Below are positions 29,477 through 39,205 of a stretch of DNA of 64,000 nucleotides, in pieces (the first letter of the stretch is position 1; each line of letters starts with the position of its first letter). This stretch comes from Bacteroidota bacterium (lineage in GTDB: Bacteria; Bacteroidota; Bacteroidia; Bacteroidales; UBA12077). The notes beneath the pieces are model-generated. The model had not been told where the DNA came from, did not search any database, and saw only the letters and a list, made by a program, of their open reading frames with translations. The position numbers and the translations under genes were made by a program. Where the stretch lies: assembly GCA_020444275.1 (NCBI GenBank), contig JAHLLG010000002.1, positions 938,406 to 1,002,405 of the forward strand, written 5' to 3'.

Positions 29477-29483
29477 ATTAAGC

Positions 29484-30161
29484 TTAGTATCCCCAGATAC
29501 CATAATTAGAGCGATACGGATTTATACCTGAATTATAAAATGGAGAAGTTCTGTTATATGAAGGATTTAACCCATTTGAATATCTATATTCTATATTAAA
29601 TTGTACTTTATCGTTAACTTTATATCCCACTCCTACCGAAACAGTTTTAAAATCATTGTTATAAACATCAGCGCGATAGTCATTAAAAACAGATTGGTTT
29701 TCCATATATGCACCATCGCCCCAAACAGCCCACTTATCGTTTAGCTGATAATATGCACTTCCGGTTATCCCGTAATTCGACACGTTTGAATTGTATGAAT
29801 ATCCCGGTTCGTTGCCATAAAAAGCTTCCAGTCCATTTATATTGTTTTGCATTACAATACCGGTAACCGAAAAGTTAAGTTTTGAGTTTACCTGATAATC
29901 AATGGTAGGTGCTATGTAAGAATTCATCATTGACATTTCGCTGCCAAAACTTGTGTAGCCTGTACCCATTACAACAGTATATGTTAATTTTTCGTGCTGT
30001 TGCATTAAGGTTTGCTTTTTTTCTTGTTCTTGTTCGTTGTTATTACCCAGAACTGTTGAATCTAATGGCTTGTAGTATTTTGGCATTAAAGGGAATACTT
30101 GCGCAAAACTTGAAAAGCTCAATGCTATTACAAAGAATATGGATACTAAAAATGTTTTCAT
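29484..30161 (-). CDS. Hypothetical exported protein, possibly a small outer-membrane beta-barrel
   Basis: Signal peptide; amphipathic strands such as VSVGVGYKV and QFNIEYRY. Confidence 0.65.
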   Translation of the reverse strand: MKTFLVSIFFVIALSFSSFAQVFPLMPKYYKPLDSTVLGNNNEQEQEKKQTLMQQHEKLTYTVVMGTGYTSFGSEMSMMNSYIAPTIDYQVNSKLNFSVTGIVMQNNINGLEAFYGNEPGYSYNSNVSNYGITGSAYYQLNDKWAVWGDGAYMENQSVFNDYRADVYNNDFKTVSVGVGYKVNDKVQFNIEYRYSNGLNPSYNRTSPFYNSGINPYRSNYGIWGY

Positions 30162-30232
30162 AACGCAATTCTTTTACTCCTTTTAACGAACGATAATCGA
30201 TTTTTGTTTATTGTTATACAAATTTAATAAAA

Positions 30233-30296
30233 TAGTTAACTGGTAAAAGAGTAATTTAGTAAATTAGTAAATTGGTGACCTGGAAAATTGGTATGA
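30233..30296. repeat. Degenerate octamer tandem repeat (TRGTAAAT-like), 8 units
   Basis: TAGTTAAC TGGTAAAA GAGTAATT TAGTAAAT TAGTAAAT TGGTGACC TGGAAAAT TGGTATGA. Confidence 0.6.
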
Positions 30297-30341
30297 CTTG
30301 TTATTTTAACTATTTTGAATATTTGCCAGTTTACATTTTCA

Positions 30342-32576
30342 CTAATTATCATCTGAATCTACTCGTGTAACCTTTAAAATTCCTTTCTCCTTTCTAAGTA
30401 TCGACATAAGCATTTCTAAATGTTTTACACTATCAATAAGTAGCTTTAGTTTCCCTTCAAACATTCCTTCATTAGAATCCATCGTAATAGATCTCATTCG
30501 CACCTTTAAATCTTTCGAAATAACATCTGTAATTTTATTCAACATCCCAATTTCATCTACTCCAACCACTTTAATTATTGCCTGAAATGATTGATTTGCT
30601 GCACTCTTTGTCCATTGAGCCTTTATTATTCGATAGTTATATCTATCAACCAACTGACGGGCATTAGGACAATTGGTTCTGTGTATTTTTATCCCCTCAC
30701 TTACCGTTACAAAACCAAAGATAGAATCTCCAAATATTGGGTTACAGCATTTTGCAAGTTTGTAATCCACATTTTCAATATTATCATCAATAATTAAGTA
30801 ATCTGATTTATAATCCTCTTTTGGCTTTTCTTCAATTTCCTGCTCTACTATATTCTCCTGATTAACAACTTCATCCTTGTTAGTTTCAGTAAGCAAATCT
30901 TTAATTGTCGCAACATCAATTTTTTCAGTGGCAATAGCATAATACAAATCTACTGGAGCTTTCAGTTTAAAGTGCTTAACAATTTTATCAATCAGTGCAT
31001 CTTCAAACTTTATTTTCCAATTTTTTAACCTGCGTTTTAGTAGCTCTTTCCCCTCTTCTGCCTCTTTAAACTTTTCCTCACGCAGCGTTGATTTGATCTT
31101 GGTTTTTGCCTTAGATGTAACTACAAAGTTTAACCAATCGGTTTTAGGTTTCTGTGTTTTGGATGTTACAATACTTACCTGATCGCCATTTTGCAACGGT
31201 TGCTTTATGGTTACATTTTTATGATTAATCATTGCACCAACGCACTGATTACCTACATCAGAGTGAATATCGTATGCAAAATCGAGTACTGTAGCACCAG
31301 CTGGGAGTTTCTTTAAATCGCCCGTAGGTGTAAATACAAATACCTCTTTATTGTAAAGATTTAGTTTTAGATCATCGATAGTTTCTCCATTGGCAACTCC
31401 ATTACTTTCAATTACATCACGTACTTTCTGCATCCAGGTATCGATACCTTTTTCTGCTTTTACACCTTTATATCTCCAATGGGCAGCATAACCTTTCTCG
31501 GCCACTTCATCCATACGTTGAGTTCGAATCTGCACTTCCACCCACTTATTTTCAGGACCAACAACTGTAGTGTGTAACGATTCATATCCATTTGATTTTG
31601 GAATGGATATCCAATCGCGTAAACGCTTTGGATTGGGTTGATAAAAATCTGTTACCATGGAATATACTCTCCAGCAATCGGCTTTTTCTTTGGATGGTTT
31701 TGAATTTAAGATGATACGAATAGCAAAAATGTCATACACCTCTTCGAATCCGACATTCTGCTTTTTCATTTTTTGCCAAATAGAATAGACAGATTTTGGA
31801 CGACCTTTTATTTCGTAATCAAAACCTTCTTCGTTCAGCACCTTTATGATCGGAGCCGTAAATTTTTTAATAAATCGTTCACGTTTAGCGGTTGTAGCTT
31901 CAAGCTTTTTTATAATCTCTTTATATTTATCCTTTTCGGTATATTTCATCGACAGATTTTCCAACTCCGACTTAATGTTGTAAAGTCCTAATCGATGTGC
32001 TAAAGGAGCATATAATGAAAATGTTTCCAAAGAAGTTTTGATCTGGTATTCTTCCGGATAGTAATTTAAACCACGCATGTGATTTAGTAAAATGGCCAGC
32101 TTTATTAAAATTACACGAACATCTTCGGCCAATGTCAAAAGCATTTGGCGGAAATTTTCAGCCTGACTGGCAGAAGTTTTAGTATTTAATTCTTCAATTT
32201 TTACCAATCCATCAACCATTGTTGCAATAGTCTTATCAAATTCCTTTTCTACCTCAATAATAGTTATCTTTTTATCAATCACTGCATGATATAATAAGGA
32301 AGCAACAACAGATCTGGTTCCTAAACCTATTTGGGTTACAACAACAATAGCAACCTCAAGAGTATCAATAATTTCAGGCTCACCAGACGGAGATCTTTTT
32401 ACTTCTGATGCATCTAATGCCACATCAAAGGCTTTTCGTATAAGCTCTAATTCCTTCTTTTTGGTAAAATCTTCAGATAATTGTAATAACTCACGATATT
32501 TCTCAATGATCTTTTTTCGCTCACGATCAGTGATTCTTCCTTCTGTTTTTTGATCGAAATTTATTTTAGGTAACAT
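30342..32576 (-). CDS. relA: Long RelA/SpoT homolog with degenerate hydrolase domain
   Basis: YAPLAHRLG, GRPKS, NGYESLHT, EVQIRT and AAHWRYK motifs, plus TGS, ZFD (KCCNP) and ACT domains; HD motifs are altered. Confidence 0.9.
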   Translation of the reverse strand: MLPKINFDQKTEGRITDRERKKIIEKYRELLQLSEDFTKKKELELIRKAFDVALDASEVKRSPSGEPEIIDTLEVAIVVVTQIGLGTRSVVASLLYHAVIDKKITIIEVEKEFDKTIATMVDGLVKIEELNTKTSASQAENFRQMLLTLAEDVRVILIKLAILLNHMRGLNYYPEEYQIKTSLETFSLYAPLAHRLGLYNIKSELENLSMKYTEKDKYKEIIKKLEATTAKRERFIKKFTAPIIKVLNEEGFDYEIKGRPKSVYSIWQKMKKQNVGFEEVYDIFAIRIILNSKPSKEKADCWRVYSMVTDFYQPNPKRLRDWISIPKSNGYESLHTTVVGPENKWVEVQIRTQRMDEVAEKGYAAHWRYKGVKAEKGIDTWMQKVRDVIESNGVANGETIDDLKLNLYNKEVFVFTPTGDLKKLPAGATVLDFAYDIHSDVGNQCVGAMINHKNVTIKQPLQNGDQVSIVTSKTQKPKTDWLNFVVTSKAKTKIKSTLREEKFKEAEEGKELLKRRLKNWKIKFEDALIDKIVKHFKLKAPVDLYYAIATEKIDVATIKDLLTETNKDEVVNQENIVEQEIEEKPKEDYKSDYLIIDDNIENVDYKLAKCCNPIFGDSIFGFVTVSEGIKIHRTNCPNARQLVDRYNYRIIKAQWTKSAANQSFQAIIKVVGVDEIGMLNKITDVISKDLKVRMRSITMDSNEGMFEGKLKLLIDSVKHLEMLMSILRKEKGILKVTRVDSDDN

Positions 32577-32578
32577 TA

Positions 32579-33364
32579 TTACAATATTTTAAATTCATCG
32601 GCATCGAGAAATACCGGAAATTTATCTCTAAACCTGTTTAGTTCATTTAATGATAACTCAGCACTTATGATCTCATCTTCATAATCCTTTGCCTTTTGTA
32701 TAATTTGTCCTTTAGGATCAATAATCACAGTATCGCCGGAATAACTAATTCCTGTTCCATCTTTTCCAATACGATTAACCCCTACTACATAAGCCTGATT
32801 TTCAATTGCACGGGCTTTTAATAATGTATTCCACACCTCTCTCCTGCTTTCGGGCCAACTGGCTATATAGATTAACAAATCATAATCGTTTTGGTTCCTA
32901 CTCCAAACCGGGAAACGCAAATCGTAGCATATTAGAGGACAAATTCGCCATTCATTATGTTTAAAAATGACTTTCTTTTCTCCTTTAGTAAAATCGATGT
33001 GTTCCCTTTCCATGCGGAACAGATGTCCTTTATCGTATGTATAATATTTCTCATCGGGAAACATGGTAATGCAACGATTATAAAAGTTTTCATTTTCTTT
33101 AACAATAATGCTGCCAAGTATAATTTTATTGATCTCTTTTGCCTGGTTTTTCATCCACTGAAATGATTTTCCTGACATTTCTTCTGCCAGTTGCTTTGAG
33201 TTCATTGAAAAACCGGTGGTAAACATTTCCGGAAGAATTACCATTTCTGATTCCCGGGGTAATTGCTTAAACTTATCTTCAAAATGTTTCAAATTCTGAT
33301 CAATTTTTTCCCAGGCCAAATTGGTCTGTATACAAGAAATATGAACGTTTTGTGACATAATCAT
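32579..33364 (-). CDS. Nitrilase-family omega-amidase (YafV-like)
   Basis: LPEMF, YDKGHLF, ICYDLRFP and ARAIENQ motifs. The track's TTG start at 33382 overlaps a TATCTTTG -7 box, so ATG 33364 or 33358 is more likely. Confidence 0.9.
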   Translation of the reverse strand: MIMSQNVHISCIQTNLAWEKIDQNLKHFEDKFKQLPRESEMVILPEMFTTGFSMNSKQLAEEMSGKSFQWMKNQAKEINKIILGSIIVKENENFYNRCITMFPDEKYYTYDKGHLFRMEREHIDFTKGEKKVIFKHNEWRICPLICYDLRFPVWSRNQNDYDLLIYIASWPESRREVWNTLLKARAIENQAYVVGVNRIGKDGTGISYSGDTVIIDPKGQIIQKAKDYEDEIISAELSLNELNRFRDKFPVFLDADEFKIL

Positions 33365-33386
33365 TCGATTTTTATTTACCAAAGAT

Positions 33387-33418
33387 AAAAGAAAAGCTTC
33401 AAAACAATTTGAAGCTTT
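33387..33418 (-). terminator. Terminator of the phosphate acyltransferase gene
   Basis: AAAGCTTCAAA-ACAA-TTTGAAGCTTT. Confidence 0.7.
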
Positions 33419-33448
33419 CTCTTAATTTATGTTAATTCTTTTGCGCTT

Positions 33449-34357
33449 CTAGGCCATTAAACAAGATAAGGCTACACAGTAAAATTTTGATTTTTGACTC
33501 TCGCTTCGTGACATAACAACAACAGGTTTTATGGTTCCCTGGATGAGTCCTGCTAATTCGCCGCCACCGAATAACATTAATCCTTTGTAGAAACTATTTG
33601 CCGATTCCAATGATGGAAATATTAATGCATCAGCCTCGCCGTTAATAGGAGTTGGTACGCCTTTTATTTTTACACTCTCTTTATCGCAAGCTAAAAAAAC
33701 ATCTAAAGGACCATCAATAGTACAATTTGGGATTTGTCCCCGATCAACCATCTTACAAATCTGCGTATAGTCTGTACTATAATGAAAACTATCATTCACT
33801 TTTTCTGAAGCACCAATTAATGCTATTTTTGGATTTTCAATTCCAAATCTCCTGGTCATATTTATGGTATAATTCACCATAGCTATTTTTTGATTTAAAT
33901 CAGGATAAGGCAATACTGCGGTATCTGAAACGAATAGCAACTTATCGTACTTAGGAAGTTCAAGCGCACAAACATAACTCATAACCGCCTTGGGAGGTAG
34001 TAATCCCTTTTCTTTATCAAGTACAGCTTTAAGAAACTTATCGGTACCAATTAAACCTTTCATAAGCACATCCGCTTCATCCTGCCGAACCATGCGAACG
34101 GCTTCTTTCGCTGCATTTAGTTGATCAGGTACATCCACAATTTTATAATCTTCGGCTTTAGCGCTAGCCGCAGCTAAAACATCTCTGATTTTAGATTTAT
34201 TTCCAATAAGTATTGGTGTTGCAAATCCTTTTTCTCTGGCCTCAATTAAGGCACTAATTGTGTTTTCATCTTCGGCTACGGCAACAGCAATTCGTTTATT
34301 TAATCCAGTTTGGATTAAATGCTGAACCATCTGATCCAACGAGGTTATCATACTCAT
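33449..34357 (-). CDS. ptb: Phosphate butyryl/acyltransferase
   Basis: LMKGLIGT, SDTAV, DGPLD and VVVMSRSE motifs. Confidence 0.82.
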   Translation of the reverse strand: MSMITSLDQMVQHLIQTGLNKRIAVAVAEDENTISALIEAREKGFATPILIGNKSKIRDVLAAASAKAEDYKIVDVPDQLNAAKEAVRMVRQDEADVLMKGLIGTDKFLKAVLDKEKGLLPPKAVMSYVCALELPKYDKLLFVSDTAVLPYPDLNQKIAMVNYTINMTRRFGIENPKIALIGASEKVNDSFHYSTDYTQICKMVDRGQIPNCTIDGPLDVFLACDKESVKIKGVPTPINGEADALIFPSLESANSFYKGLMLFGGGELAGLIQGTIKPVVVMSRSESQKSKFYCVALSCLMA

Positions 34358-34621
34358 AGATTATGAATTTGGTTAATAAATTTTGTCTAAGCTAGTGTTT
34401 TACAGCTAATTTACAAAATAATTTTTATTACAGATTAGAAGGAATTTAATATATCATACCATTTAAAATTCATTAACATTTCAGAACACTAATGTTTTAT
34501 TAAGTGTTAATCTGAAAGTTATCGTGTAAAATAAATCCAGTTATATTTTTATTTAAGTTTTAAATAAAAAAGTAGCAATTCGTTTAAAACAATTCTAATA
34601 AAACTATAAGTTATTATATTA

Positions 34622-35038
34622 TTAACCAGCAATTTTAGGTACAAATAGCTCGCTTAATTTTAAACCTCCAACCTGGGCAAAAATAATGTATAACAAAACA
34701 AAAGATATATCGATGATTCCTGTAAAAGCAAAGGTATTAGGAAAATCAGCAACAAAAACCATTGATACATAGAGCTGAATCACATAAAATATTCGACCAA
34801 AAACAAGGCAGCCAACATTGAAGACATATCGTTTTATATTAAAAGCTGAAAGAAACTGCAAGTAAGCGAAACAAAGAAAAAATGATCCCAGAAAAATTGC
34901 ATAAAAAGGCTCTATATCGGGATTATCTATTTTACGACCTGTACCAATCACAAATAAATATTGTATTGCTGCAATTGTATCCCATATACCACTTACAAAA
35001 AATGTAATTGCTAATGGTTTTAATGATTTTCTTTTCAC
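34622..35038 (-). CDS. Hypothetical 4-TM membrane protein
   Basis: Hydrophobic ORF in the TetR operon. Confidence 0.7.
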   Translation of the reverse strand: MKRKSLKPLAITFFVSGIWDTIAAIQYLFVIGTGRKIDNPDIEPFYAIFLGSFFLCFAYLQFLSAFNIKRYVFNVGCLVFGRIFYVIQLYVSMVFVADFPNTFAFTGIIDISFVLLYIIFAQVGGLKLSELFVPKIAG

Positions 35039-35050
35039 TTTCTTAAACTT

Positions 35051-35620
35051 TTATAATCGTGAGCCTAGTTTTTGAGCTTTTTTTATCTCTTTAGCTTTAA
35101 TTGATTTAAGTTTTTTAGTACCTGGTTTACTTAATGTACCTTTTACTTTATAACCTCCATAATTTAATACTTCCCTAACAGATCTTAATGCACCTCTGCT
35201 TTCTGGCAAAATAAAATTAAACGGATAAGGTGTTGTGCATGCAGTTACAATAACCGCCTTTTTACCTTTCTGCTTAGGTGTAGGAATCCCATTTTTACTT
35301 TCACCCATAAAAACAGGTACATTTCTTTCCAAAAGCATTTTAAGTTGTGCACTCATATTCCCCCAATATGTTGGAGTTCCTATGATTAATCTATCAGCTT
35401 TATCAATTTTTCGTCCCACTATGTGCGCATCATCTTCCTTCAACACACATGTATTAGTCTGCCTGCATTTCATACATCCTATGCAAGGTTTCATAGTTAA
35501 ATCAAAAACATCAATCCATTCAAGCTGGGATTTATTTTTCAATCCGTCTGATACAAACTTTAATAAAGTTGCAATTGTTCCTGTTTTCTTAGGACTACCA
35601 TTTATTATTAATGTTTTCAT
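35051..35620 (-). CDS. Iron-sulfur flavoprotein / NADPH-dependent FMN reductase family
   Basis: INGSPKKTG, CIGCMKC...C and GTPTYWG motifs. Confidence 0.88.
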   Translation of the reverse strand: MKTLIINGSPKKTGTIATLLKFVSDGLKNKSQLEWIDVFDLTMKPCIGCMKCRQTNTCVLKEDDAHIVGRKIDKADRLIIGTPTYWGNMSAQLKMLLERNVPVFMGESKNGIPTPKQKGKKAVIVTACTTPYPFNFILPESRGALRSVREVLNYGGYKVKGTLSKPGTKKLKSIKAKEIKKAQKLGSRL

Positions 35621-35635
35621 TATACCTGTTTTAAT

Positions 35636-36256
35636 TTATTCAAAATAAGAATTTATAATTTGTTTTATAGCATTTTCAATTTTTTGCCAACCTTTTTCAG
35701 AATTTAACTCAACTCCATTAAACATATCAACTGTTTTCGACCTTAATACCAAATAATATATTCCTGACACCAGCAGAGCCATTATCGCATCCGTTTCACC
35801 ATTGGTTAAGTCCATCTTTGTCTTTAATTTACTACTTAACTCATATCCTTTTTCTTCACGTTCTTTTGCAATAGCAATTGTTAGTTCGTTTTTTTCCATC
35901 ATCTCCCACAACATTAACTCTTGAAGTTCTCTATCCTTTCTTAATTCTCTTAATTGAGTTATTAGTATTTCTACAATTAGGCTTTTTAACTCGCTTTTTT
36001 GAACCTTTTCAATCTCATCGTGCAGTCTGTTTGATATGTTTATATAAAAATCTTTTTGCTTAGCAAATGCTTTAAGCAGGCCATTAAGACCACCGAAATA
36101 ACGATATATTAAAACCTTATCAAGATTAGCTTCTTTAGCAATAGCGTTAATACCTATGCCCTTAAAGCCTTCTCTGAAAATAATATTTCCGACAGCTTCA
36201 ATTAATTTTTGTTTGGATAATTCTTTATTTCTTTGAGTAGATGTGTCTTTTTTCAT
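35636..36256 (-). CDS. TetR/AcrR-family regulator
   Basis: GINAIAKEANLDKVLIYRYFGG helix-turn-helix. Confidence 0.93.
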   Translation of the reverse strand: MKKDTSTQRNKELSKQKLIEAVGNIIFREGFKGIGINAIAKEANLDKVLIYRYFGGLNGLLKAFAKQKDFYINISNRLHDEIEKVQKSELKSLIVEILITQLRELRKDRELQELMLWEMMEKNELTIAIAKEREEKGYELSSKLKTKMDLTNGETDAIMALLVSGIYYLVLRSKTVDMFNGVELNSEKGWQKIENAIKQIINSYFE

Positions 36257-36270
36257 ATTCTATAATACTA

Positions 36271-36312
36271 TGTCTCCATATGGTGACAAATATATGTCAC
36301 TTTTGGGTGACT
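36271..36312. promoter_or_regulatory. Two tandem TetR operator palindromes flanking the -7 box (TATATTTG, minus strand)
   Basis: TGTCTCCATATGGTGACA (36271..36288) and TGTCACTTTTGGGTGACT (36295..36312). Confidence 0.7.
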
Positions 36313-36516
36313 TGCAAATTATTCTAAATATTTTTACGTTTTTATGAGAAAGATACCTACTAATGAACTTTAGTAGTCGTTATTATTTGATCTGATGTTC
36401 CAGCTGCAATAATGGGTACATAAAAAATATAATACCTACCGCAAGACGAATTTGTTTATGTTTTAGCTATATTCAGAATGAATTTGAGTTAATTATTTTT
36501 TCTTAGAAAATCTTAA

Positions 36517-37272
36517 CTACTGATTCATCCAGGATTTAAATTTTGGAGAACGCTCTATACTAACTATAGTTTCTAGTTCATCATCGACCGGCGGATTCAA
36601 ATTAAGTTTAACCCGTCCACGTGAATAAGCAATCATTTCCGAAATAGCTTGCATATTAACCATATATTTTCTATTGATTCGAAAGAACTGATCTGGATCA
36701 AGAATATCGTCTAAAGCATCCAAAGTGAAATCAATATCATAAGATGCATTTTTGAATGTTTTTATATATACACTTTTTTCCATTGCGTAAAAATATGCAA
36801 TATCGGCGGTTTCAATTTTTTTTAGCTTATCGCCAACCTGAATTAAAAACCGCTTTTTGTAATCAATACTTTTTCCCTGAATTCCTGCCAAAAGGCTTTC
36901 AAAATCGATACTTAGAGCTGCTTTTAAACTATTAAACTTTTCGAGACTATCCTCAAGCTCATCTTTTCTAATTGGTTTTAGTAAATAGGATATACTATTT
37001 AAATCAAAGGCTTTAATAGCATATTGATCATAGGCTGTTGTAAATATTATGGGCGTTTTAATGGTTAGCTGATCGAAAATTGAAAAGCTTATTCCATCTG
37101 ATAGCTGAATATCCAAAAAAATTAAATCGCATGAATTATTGCTGAACCATTTTACGGAATCTTCAACCGAACCAAGTTTTGCAATTACCTGGATATCTTT
37201 ATCCAGTTCTTGTATCATTTTCTCTAAACGCTGAGCTGCAAATTTTTCATCTTCGATAATAACTGCCTTCAT
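36517..37272 (-). CDS. LytTR-family response regulator
   Basis: IEDE, FLDIQL, TTAYD, YLLKP receiver motifs and FFRINR LytTR motif. Confidence 0.94.
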   Translation of the reverse strand: MKAVIIEDEKFAAQRLEKMIQELDKDIQVIAKLGSVEDSVKWFSNNSCDLIFLDIQLSDGISFSIFDQLTIKTPIIFTTAYDQYAIKAFDLNSISYLLKPIRKDELEDSLEKFNSLKAALSIDFESLLAGIQGKSIDYKKRFLIQVGDKLKKIETADIAYFYAMEKSVYIKTFKNASYDIDFTLDALDDILDPDQFFRINRKYMVNMQAISEMIAYSRGRVKLNLNPPVDDELETIVSIERSPKFKSWMNQ

Positions 37273-37273
37273 A

Positions 37274-38341
37274 TTACTCTATTTCTATTAAAGGTAATTT
37301 AACAACATAATGTTTGGCTTCAACAATAAATTCTGGCAATTGATTATGTATCATTGTGTATCTTTTTTTTAAATTCTCTTGTCCTATACCAGATGAGTAA
37401 GTGGATGATATTTTAGCCTGAATATTGTTTTTAATATATAATGATTTTTCAAAATGGTAAATTTCAATCCTTAATGGTTTCGATTCGTTAATTACATTAT
37501 GTTTAATTGCATTTTCCAGTACAATTTGTAAGGATAAAGGTGGTAAATATAATTCAAGTAAATTTGCCGGAAGACTAACATCTAATGATAAATCGTTACC
37601 ATATCGGATCTGTTGTAAAAAGAAATACGACCGTACAAAACGAAGTTCATCCTTTAATGTAACTAATTTTTTATCAATTGTTTCCAGCACATATCGGTAA
37701 ATCATCGAGAACTCATCGATAAATTCCTGAGCTTTAGATATATCATTTTCAATTAACCCGGATAGTACATTTAAACTATTAAACATAAAATGTGGGTTAA
37801 TTTGATTCTTTAATACTTCAAAACGGATTTGCGACAACTCATTTTCGAGAATTTCTGCTTTAGATTTTGATTCCTTGTTTTCGTGAAAAAATATTTGTGC
37901 CTCTAAAGCTATCATTAAAATAATATTAACAACCGAAAAAATTAACGCATTTGTTATTAAAACAGAATATAATCCTTCTACATATGGATCAACAGCATGG
38001 GCAAAAAGTGTTATTATTATTGAAACTATAACAGCAAAAATAACTGTTAAGAAAAACTGTAATAGTATTCGTTTAAATGCACTTCTGTTCCATGAGAAAG
38101 ATTTATTTAAGACATAAATTATAAACAAATTTGGATAAGCAATCATAAATCCAGCTATAGTTGTAAGAACACTGCTATACACGAGCCTGGAAATAAAATT
38201 GCTGAAATCGGGTACATTGTAATAGCCGCTAAAGTGGTTATATGTAATAATAATGACCTGTATAATTACTGCAAAAACAGCCAGTAATTTTAGTAATTTA
38301 AAAAATGGGAAAAGTTGATTTAGTTTTTTCAAAAGCTTCAT
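37274..38341 (-). CDS. LytS-type membrane sensor histidine kinase
   Basis: 4 TM segments; LKNQINPHFMFNSLN, ENAIKHN and GIGQENL motifs. Confidence 0.93.
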   Translation of the reverse strand: MKLLKKLNQLFPFFKLLKLLAVFAVIIQVIIITYNHFSGYYNVPDFSNFISRLVYSSVLTTIAGFMIAYPNLFIIYVLNKSFSWNRSAFKRILLQFFLTVIFAVIVSIIITLFAHAVDPYVEGLYSVLITNALIFSVVNIILMIALEAQIFFHENKESKSKAEILENELSQIRFEVLKNQINPHFMFNSLNVLSGLIENDISKAQEFIDEFSMIYRYVLETIDKKLVTLKDELRFVRSYFFLQQIRYGNDLSLDVSLPANLLELYLPPLSLQIVLENAIKHNVINESKPLRIEIYHFEKSLYIKNNIQAKISSTYSSGIGQENLKKRYTMIHNQLPEFIVEAKHYVVKLPLIEIE

Positions 38342-38388
38342 TTTGGTCGTAATAAAGATATAAATTAAACATGAGTTAATAAAACATT

Positions 38389-38414
38389 AAAAGGGTTGGT
38401 TACTTTCCAACCCT
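38389..38414 (-). terminator. Terminator of 38429..39067
   Basis: AGGGTTGG-N7-CCAACCCT plus A-tract. Confidence 0.65.
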
Positions 38415-38428
38415 GACTTTGGCACCAG

Positions 38429-39067
38429 TTAAAATATTCCCCACTTAATCGATATACCTGCTGAATAATCTCTTAAAAAGTATTCGTCTTCTCCCTTCAT
38501 TTCTACGGGTGAAGTTAATCGATAACCAGCCTGTGCACCTAACCACCAGTTTTTATAAACTCGTACCTGAAATTCTACCCCTAATTCATTGACAGCAAAA
38601 TCGTCCATATCAACAATTTCTTCATACCATTCTTTTGATTCAGTATAATCTTTATCATACTCAAAAAAAGTTATACCGCTTCCACCCAGCCATGAGATAC
38701 TTAATTTCCCCCAATCGTTTAATGGAAATAATCTCTCAACGAATAAACCTGCATATCCAGCCTGCAATCTATATGTTCCATCGTCAACCAATTCACTTAG
38801 CTCTTTGTCATAATCCAAAGCATTACCTCCTACTCCAATTGTCCATTTTTGGTTAAAAACAACGCCTATTCTTGCTCCTAACCAATAAGCATCTTCACCT
38901 TTTAAAGGCGAATAGGTTCCTGATAATCCCACATACGTTCCAATGGTATGGGTTCTCTTTTTTCCTTCATATGTCCAAATGTAGTTTCTATTTTGAGCTT
39001 CCTGTGCTTTACTGTAAACACTTAATAAAAATAAAATTGTGCTTAATATTATTACTCTTGTTTTCAT
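38429..39067 (-). CDS. Putative outer-membrane beta-barrel protein
   Basis: Signal peptide, Gly/aromatic-rich strands, C-terminal ISIKWGIF. Confidence 0.75.
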   Translation of the reverse strand: MKTRVIILSTILFLLSVYSKAQEAQNRNYIWTYEGKKRTHTIGTYVGLSGTYSPLKGEDAYWLGARIGVVFNQKWTIGVGGNALDYDKELSELVDDGTYRLQAGYAGLFVERLFPLNDWGKLSISWLGGSGITFFEYDKDYTESKEWYEEIVDMDDFAVNELGVEFQVRVYKNWWLGAQAGYRLTSPVEMKGEDEYFLRDYSAGISIKWGIF

Positions 39068-39132
39068 AATCCTAAAATTTAAAAGGTTTTAGATTAATTT
39101 GTTGAAACAAAAGTATGGCGTGCAACTACCAT

Positions 39133-39164
39133 AAAAAAAGAAAACACGACGAGCGTGTTTTCTT
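39133..39164 (-). terminator. Terminator of the DUF4197 gene
   Basis: Perfect 11-bp stem AAGAAAACACG-N5-CGTGTTTTCTT plus A-tract. Confidence 0.75.
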
Positions 39165-39178
39165 AGCAAATGAATGTG
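39149..39178 (-). promoter_or_regulatory. Putative LytTR binding site upstream of the TACTTTTG -7 box (39108..39115)
   Basis: Minus-strand imperfect direct repeat CACATTCAT-N12-CACGCTCGT, the 9-12-9 geometry typical of LytTR sites. Confidence 0.5.
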
Positions 39179-39205
39179 ATTTAATATGGGATTATTGTGA
39201 TCTGT

